Below, in pieces: positions 59,763 to 64,000 of a stretch of 64,000 bases of DNA. The DNA is from Alistipes sp. (lineage in GTDB: Bacteria; Bacteroidota; Bacteroidia; Bacteroidales; Rikenellaceae): NCBI GenBank assembly GCA_045646685.1, contig JAZRLD010000069.1, forward strand, positions 136 to 64,135. The letters run 5' to 3'. A model generated the notes under the pieces. The model worked only from the letters and a program-made list of their open reading frames with translations, ran no database searches and was not told the origin of the DNA. Numbering within the stretch: the stretch's first letter is position 1; each line of letters opens with the position of its first letter. A program made the translations under genes and the position numbers.

Positions 59763-60191
59763 ATGTTATTATCATACGAAACAAAGATTCGAGTTCGATA
59801 TAAAGACACCGACCAGATGGGCATTATGCACCACTCAAATTACATCGTGATGTACGAAATGGCACGCACCGAGTGGTTGCGCGAAATGGGACTCACATAC
59901 GCCGAGATAGAGCGTCGAGGCATTATGTCACCTATCATTGAGGTGCAGTCGCGCTATCTTTACCCCGCATTTTACGATGAGTTGCTAACCATCAAAGTCT
60001 TCATCGAAGAGATGCCCTCGGCACGCCTTATCATCGGCAGCGAGGTATATAACGAGCAGGGCAAACTAATCAATACGGGCCGCGTAACATTAGGCTTTAT
60101 GCACGCCGATACACGCCGTCCGTGCCGCACGCCAGAATGGTTTGTGGATGCATTGGAGGGATACATAAATAAAAACAAGGGAAATGAATAA
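59763..60191 (+). CDS. Acyl-CoA thioesterase (YbgC/FadM hot-dog family)
   Basis: RVRYKDTDQMGIMHHSNY..YEMAR. Confidence 0.92.
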   Translation: MLLSYETKIRVRYKDTDQMGIMHHSNYIVMYEMARTEWLREMGLTYAEIERRGIMSPIIEVQSRYLYPAFYDELLTIKVFIEEMPSARLIIGSEVYNEQGKLINTGRVTLGFMHADTRRPCRTPEWFVDALEGYINKNKGNE

Positions 60192-60807
60192 ATCTACAAG
60201 AAATAGGGTAGCCGTCGCTATCTACTTGGTGCTTGCGGTAGTATTTTTCGCTATTCGCGGATGGTTTGTGGCTGTGCCAACGCTATTTGCCGCCGTGGCT
60301 GCCGCGACAAATATCAAAGATGGAGGCATTATGATTCCCCTCGCACTCTTGGCCTCGGCTGCGGGCGACTATGCAGGCTCAACGGGCAACTTTATTATGC
60401 AGGTAGCATTCTTTGCCGTGGCACACATATTTTATATATGCGACTTTGGTCCTCGACGTGCGGCCATACGTAGCAATTTGGGTTACGCTACCGCGTTGGC
60501 TGTAATTACTATTGGCTATTTGGGCTTTGTATTGGCACATATCGAATCGCAAATCGAGTTTATTGCCGTAGCCATCTATGGCCTTATAATCTTTACAATG
60601 GGAGCAACTGCCATCTTCCAGCAGCGACCACACAAGTGGTGGTATGTTGCGGCTGCGTTACTTTTCATCGTGTCCGACTCGTTGATTGTCTTCGGTAAAT
60701 ACATAGCGCCAATTCCGAATCGTAGCCTATGGGTGATGACAACATATTACGCTGCCCAAGGCTTATTTATGACACTTCATTTGAATAGAAAATCTCTTGC
60801 CGACTGA
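60184..60807 (+). CDS. Lysoplasmalogenase (YhhN family)
   Basis: SAAGD, FFAVAHIFY, LFIVSDSLI, TYYAAQ. Confidence 0.88.
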   Translation: MNKSTRNRVAVAIYLVLAVVFFAIRGWFVAVPTLFAAVAAATNIKDGGIMIPLALLASAAGDYAGSTGNFIMQVAFFAVAHIFYICDFGPRRAAIRSNLGYATALAVITIGYLGFVLAHIESQIEFIAVAIYGLIIFTMGATAIFQQRPHKWWYVAAALLFIVSDSLIVFGKYIAPIPNRSLWVMTTYYAAQGLFMTLHLNRKSLAD

Positions 60808-60871
60808 CAAGAGATTTTTCTTTACTGCCATACGCGCCGAAAAGTGTGACAAATTGGCATTTACACCTCGC

Positions 60872-60886
60872 TGGCACATAGTTTGA
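60872..60886 (+). promoter_or_regulatory. Sigma54-like -24/-12 site upstream of htpG
   Basis: TGGCAC-atagt-TTGA ending 43 nt before the ATG. Confidence 0.55.
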
Positions 60887-60929
60887 GTATTATCTTCAAA
60901 ACAGACAATAATACAAAAACTATATAAAA

Positions 60930-62990
60930 ATGAGAAACGGAAAAATCGGAGTAACGACGGAGAATATATTTCCCGTCATCAAAAAATTCCTCTATTCAGA
61001 CCACGAGATTTTCTTACGTGAGTTGGTTTCAAACGCAGTTGATGCAACGCAGAAGTTAAAGACTCTCTCTGCAAAAAATGAGTTTCAGGGCGAGTTGGGT
61101 GATGTAACAATCCACATCAGCGTAGATGCAGACAAGAAGACTCTTACGATAACCGACCGCGGTATCGGTATGACAGCCGACGAGATTGACCGCTACATCA
61201 ACCAGATTGCATTCTCGGGTGCCGAGGAATTCTTGGCAAAGTACAAGGATCAGGCTATCATCGGTCACTTTGGCCTTGGTTTCTACTCATCGTTTATGGT
61301 GGCCGACAAGGTTGAGATATTCACACAGTCATACAAAGCCGATGCGCCTTCGATGCATTGGTCGTGCGATGGCTCTCCCGAGTATCAGATGGAGGAGCTT
61401 ACAGAGAAGCGCGAGCGCGGAACATCTATCGTATTGCACCTCTCAGACGACTGCAAGGAGTATTGCGAAGAACTGAAGGTGGAGGAGCTTTTGAAGAAGT
61501 ATTGCCACTTCCTGCCCGTACCCATTGCATTTGGCAAGGTTAAGGAGTGGAAAGATGGTAAGTATGTAGATACCGAGAAGGATAACATTATCAACAACGT
61601 TGAGCCCCTTTGGACTCGCAAGCCTACCGATATTACCGAGCAGCAGTATAAGGATTTTTACAGCGAGTTGTACCCAATGAGCGACGAGCCACTGTTCTAC
61701 ATCCATATGAACATCGACTATCCGTTCAACCTCACAGGTATTCTCTACTTCCCGAAGATTAACAACAACTTCGAGATTCAGAAGAACAAGATTCAGCTCT
61801 ACTGCAATCAGGTATTCGTTACCGATCAGGTGGAGGGCATCGTTCCCGAGTATCTTACGTTGTTGCACGGCGTTATCGACTCGCCCGATATTCCCCTGAA
61901 TGTATCGCGTAGCTACTTGCAGAGCGACTCTAACGTGAAGAAGATTTCGAGCTACATCACCCGCAAGGTTGCCGACCGCTTGAAGGAGTTGTTCAACACT
62001 ATGCGCCCCGACTACGAGAAGAAGTGGGACGACCTGAAGATATTTATCCAGTATGGTATGCTCACCGACGAGAAGTTCGCCGAGAAGGCGCAGGATTTTA
62101 TGCTCCTGAAATCTACCGAGGGCAAGTACTTCACAGCCAAGGAGTACGTCGAGTTGGTTAAGGAGAATCAGACCGACAAGAACGATAATATTATTTTGCT
62201 TTACGTTGACGATGTTGTCGATAAGCACTCATTCGTCGAGGGTGCCAAGGCGAAGGGCTACGACGTGCTGGAGATGAACGGCCAGCTGGACAACCACTAC
62301 ATCAACTACTTCGAGTCGAAGAATCAGAACGTGCGTTTCGTACGCGTAGATAGCGATGTTGTCGAAAAGCTCATCCAGAAAAAGGAGCAGATGTCGATGT
62401 CGCTCACCGAGGCACAGCAGGATTTGATGCGCCCCGTATTTGAGAGCCAGTTGCCGCAGGATGATAAGATTTCATACACTATCTCATTTGAGCCTATGGC
62501 AGCCGAGGATGCACCCGTGGTGATTACGCAGAACGAGTTTATGCGCCGTATGAAGGAGATGGCGAAGGTTAGCGGTGGCGGTATGAGCCAGTTCTACGGT
62601 CAGATGCCCGACAACTTCACAATTGCGGTGAACGGCAATCACCCCATCGTGATTGACATTTTGGGTAAGGTCGAGAGCGAGTATGGCGATAAGTTGAAGT
62701 CTATCACCAAGAAGATTGACGCCGCCGTAGCCGAGGAGCAGCGCTTTGACGAGACCGTAAAGGGTAAGAAGCACGAGGATTTCACACCCGAGGAGAAGGA
62801 GATGAGCGAGGAGCTCTCGAAGAAGGTTGTAACGCTGCGCGACGAGCGCAACGAGCGCCTCAAGGAGATTGGCAAGCAGAATAAGTTGGTGCGCCAAATC
62901 ATCGACCTCGCGTTGCTCTCGAACGGTATGCTGAAAGGCAAAAACCTCACCGACTTTATCCAGCGCAGTATTTCGCTGATTGAGAAGTAG
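60930..62990 (+). CDS. htpG: Molecular chaperone HtpG (Hsp90)
   Basis: LYSDHEIFLRELVSNAVDA, DRGIGM, IGHFGLGFYS, PLNVSRS. Confidence 0.97.
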   Translation: MRNGKIGVTTENIFPVIKKFLYSDHEIFLRELVSNAVDATQKLKTLSAKNEFQGELGDVTIHISVDADKKTLTITDRGIGMTADEIDRYINQIAFSGAEEFLAKYKDQAIIGHFGLGFYSSFMVADKVEIFTQSYKADAPSMHWSCDGSPEYQMEELTEKRERGTSIVLHLSDDCKEYCEELKVEELLKKYCHFLPVPIAFGKVKEWKDGKYVDTEKDNIINNVEPLWTRKPTDITEQQYKDFYSELYPMSDEPLFYIHMNIDYPFNLTGILYFPKINNNFEIQKNKIQLYCNQVFVTDQVEGIVPEYLTLLHGVIDSPDIPLNVSRSYLQSDSNVKKISSYITRKVADRLKELFNTMRPDYEKKWDDLKIFIQYGMLTDEKFAEKAQDFMLLKSTEGKYFTAKEYVELVKENQTDKNDNIILLYVDDVVDKHSFVEGAKAKGYDVLEMNGQLDNHYINYFESKNQNVRFVRVDSDVVEKLIQKKEQMSMSLTEAQQDLMRPVFESQLPQDDKISYTISFEPMAAEDAPVVITQNEFMRRMKEMAKVSGGGMSQFYGQMPDNFTIAVNGNHPIVIDILGKVESEYGDKLKSITKKIDAAVAEEQRFDETVKGKKHEDFTPEEKEMSEELSKKVVTLRDERNERLKEIGKQNKLVRQIIDLALLSNGMLKGKNLTDFIQRSISLIEK

Positions 62991-63011
62991 GGTATTAAAC
63001 AAATATTTAGG

Positions 63012-63044
63012 ATAGGTCTTGCACTCCGCAAGGCCTATTTTTTT
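63012..63044 (+). terminator. Terminator after htpG
   Basis: ataggtcttgc / gcaaggcctat followed by a T-run. Confidence 0.8.
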
Positions 63045-63099
63045 GCATATTCAAGAATGATTTGCTAAATTTGTTGTAATATATAAATAGTCTTTCGCT

Positions 63100-63909
63100 A
63101 TGAAAAAACTACTATTCTTACTATTTGCCATTTTGGCATTCGTGGCCTGTACCGACGACGGAACAGGAGTTGAAGAAACTCCTGAAATTACTTTAAAAAC
63201 CCCTATCGAGATAATCGATACACCACACAGTGGAAGCACTGTTATAAAATTCACCTCAGAAGACAATTGGACAGCAGAGGTTGTAAGTACTCGTGCCGTT
63301 GATTGGTGTAGTGTATCCCCTACAAGTGGCAAGGCAGGCGAGGCAACTATCACTATAATAACTACTACTAACAACACCAACGAAGAGCGTTTCGCCAAGG
63401 TTGTTATCAAATCAGGTGCTACAGAAAAATCCATTGAAGTAAAGCAAGGAACTCTTCCAAAGCCAAGCGTGATTTTATACACATCAAGTGATGGAGAAAT
63501 TGTAGAGCCTGAAAATCCGCAGGCTTTTGATGCAAATATTGTTTCTAATGTTTACAAGAATGGCGAGGGTGTAATCACTTTTGATGGAGAAATTTCTTCG
63601 ATTGGAAATTACGCATTCCTGATGTGTAGTCGTTTGACAAGTATCACTATTCCCGACAGCGTTACTTCTATTGGAATAGCAGCATTCAGCGAATGCAGCA
63701 ATATGACAAATGTCACAATCGGCAATGGTGTTACTTCAATTGGTAATACTGCATTCTTAAATTGCAGTGGTTTGACAAGTGTTACTATCCCCGATAGCGT
63801 TACTGAAATTGGCGATAACGCATTCATATCTTGCCACGGCTTGACAAGTGTTACTATTCCCGATAGTGTTACAACAATTGGAGATGGAGCATTCGACAAT
63901 TGTATTTAG
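63100..63909 (+). CDS. Lipoprotein with BACON domain and BspA-type leucine-rich repeats, apparently truncated
   Basis: Lipobox FVAC; W.A...DWCSVSP.SG..G...N...ER...V.Q BACON pattern; 23-aa repeats LTSVTIPDSVT.IG..AF..C. Confidence 0.85.
   Translation: MKKLLFLLFAILAFVACTDDGTGVEETPEITLKTPIEIIDTPHSGSTVIKFTSEDNWTAEVVSTRAVDWCSVSPTSGKAGEATITIITTTNNTNEERFAKVVIKSGATEKSIEVKQGTLPKPSVILYTSSDGEIVEPENPQAFDANIVSNVYKNGEGVITFDGEISSIGNYAFLMCSRLTSITIPDSVTSIGIAAFSECSNMTNVTIGNGVTSIGNTAFLNCSGLTSVTIPDSVTEIGDNAFISCHGLTSVTIPDSVTTIGDGAFDNCI
63600..63903 (+). repeat. 69-bp-period coding repeats (LRR units)
   Basis: Recurring ttgacaagt..tactat.cccga.ag.gttac and gcattc segments. Confidence 0.85.
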
Positions 63910-63920
63910 AAGCCCTAAAC

Positions 63921-63950
63921 AACCAAAAATAACCAGAAATAACCAAACAT
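63921..63950. repeat. Three 10-bp tandem repeats
   Basis: aaccaaaaat aaccagaaat aaccaaacat. Confidence 0.7.
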
Positions 63951-64000
63951 AAACCTTTAATTATCAATGTATTCTAAAATTTAACACTTTCAGGCTGCTT

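Noticed and set aside
63600-63903. DGR target or CRISPR interpretation of the 69-bp repeats
   Set aside because: The repeats are in-frame LRR units; no template repeat, adenine-specific pattern or reverse transcriptase is visible

Overview
Core-chromosome segment of a Bacteroidota bacterium, most likely Rikenellaceae/Alistipes-like. The assignment is inferred from the Bacteroidetes-type primary sigma factor, many TAnnTTTG promoters, the tmRNA tag GNNSYALAA and the gene content. The window holds about 50 CDSs, mostly housekeeping or envelope genes: nqrF 3' end, BlaI/BlaR1-TonB, mscL, PEP-synthase-like receiver protein, AsmA, biotin carboxyltransferase, RND efflux, EptA, rhaBAT, glyA, rpoD, ung, glmM, dnaN, rex and htpG. 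It also has tRNA-Lys(TTT), tmRNA and a cobalamin riboswitch. I saw no integrase, transposase, CRISPR array or rRNA. The most interesting signals are non-coding: (1) a ~200-nt nested, strand-biased, switch-like RNA structure leading an AT-rich two-gene orphan cassette; (2) an (AT)9 tract in the promoter spacer of an orphan fimbrillin-LRR gene, a phase-variation candidate; (3) an apparently orphan B12 riboswitch followed by a 36-codon hydrophobic ORF; (4) a near-identical 18-bp sigma54-like site upstream of two envelope operons; (5) a BACON-LRR gene that stops mid-repeat beside short tandem repeats. All product calls come from motif recognition by eye; no searches were run.
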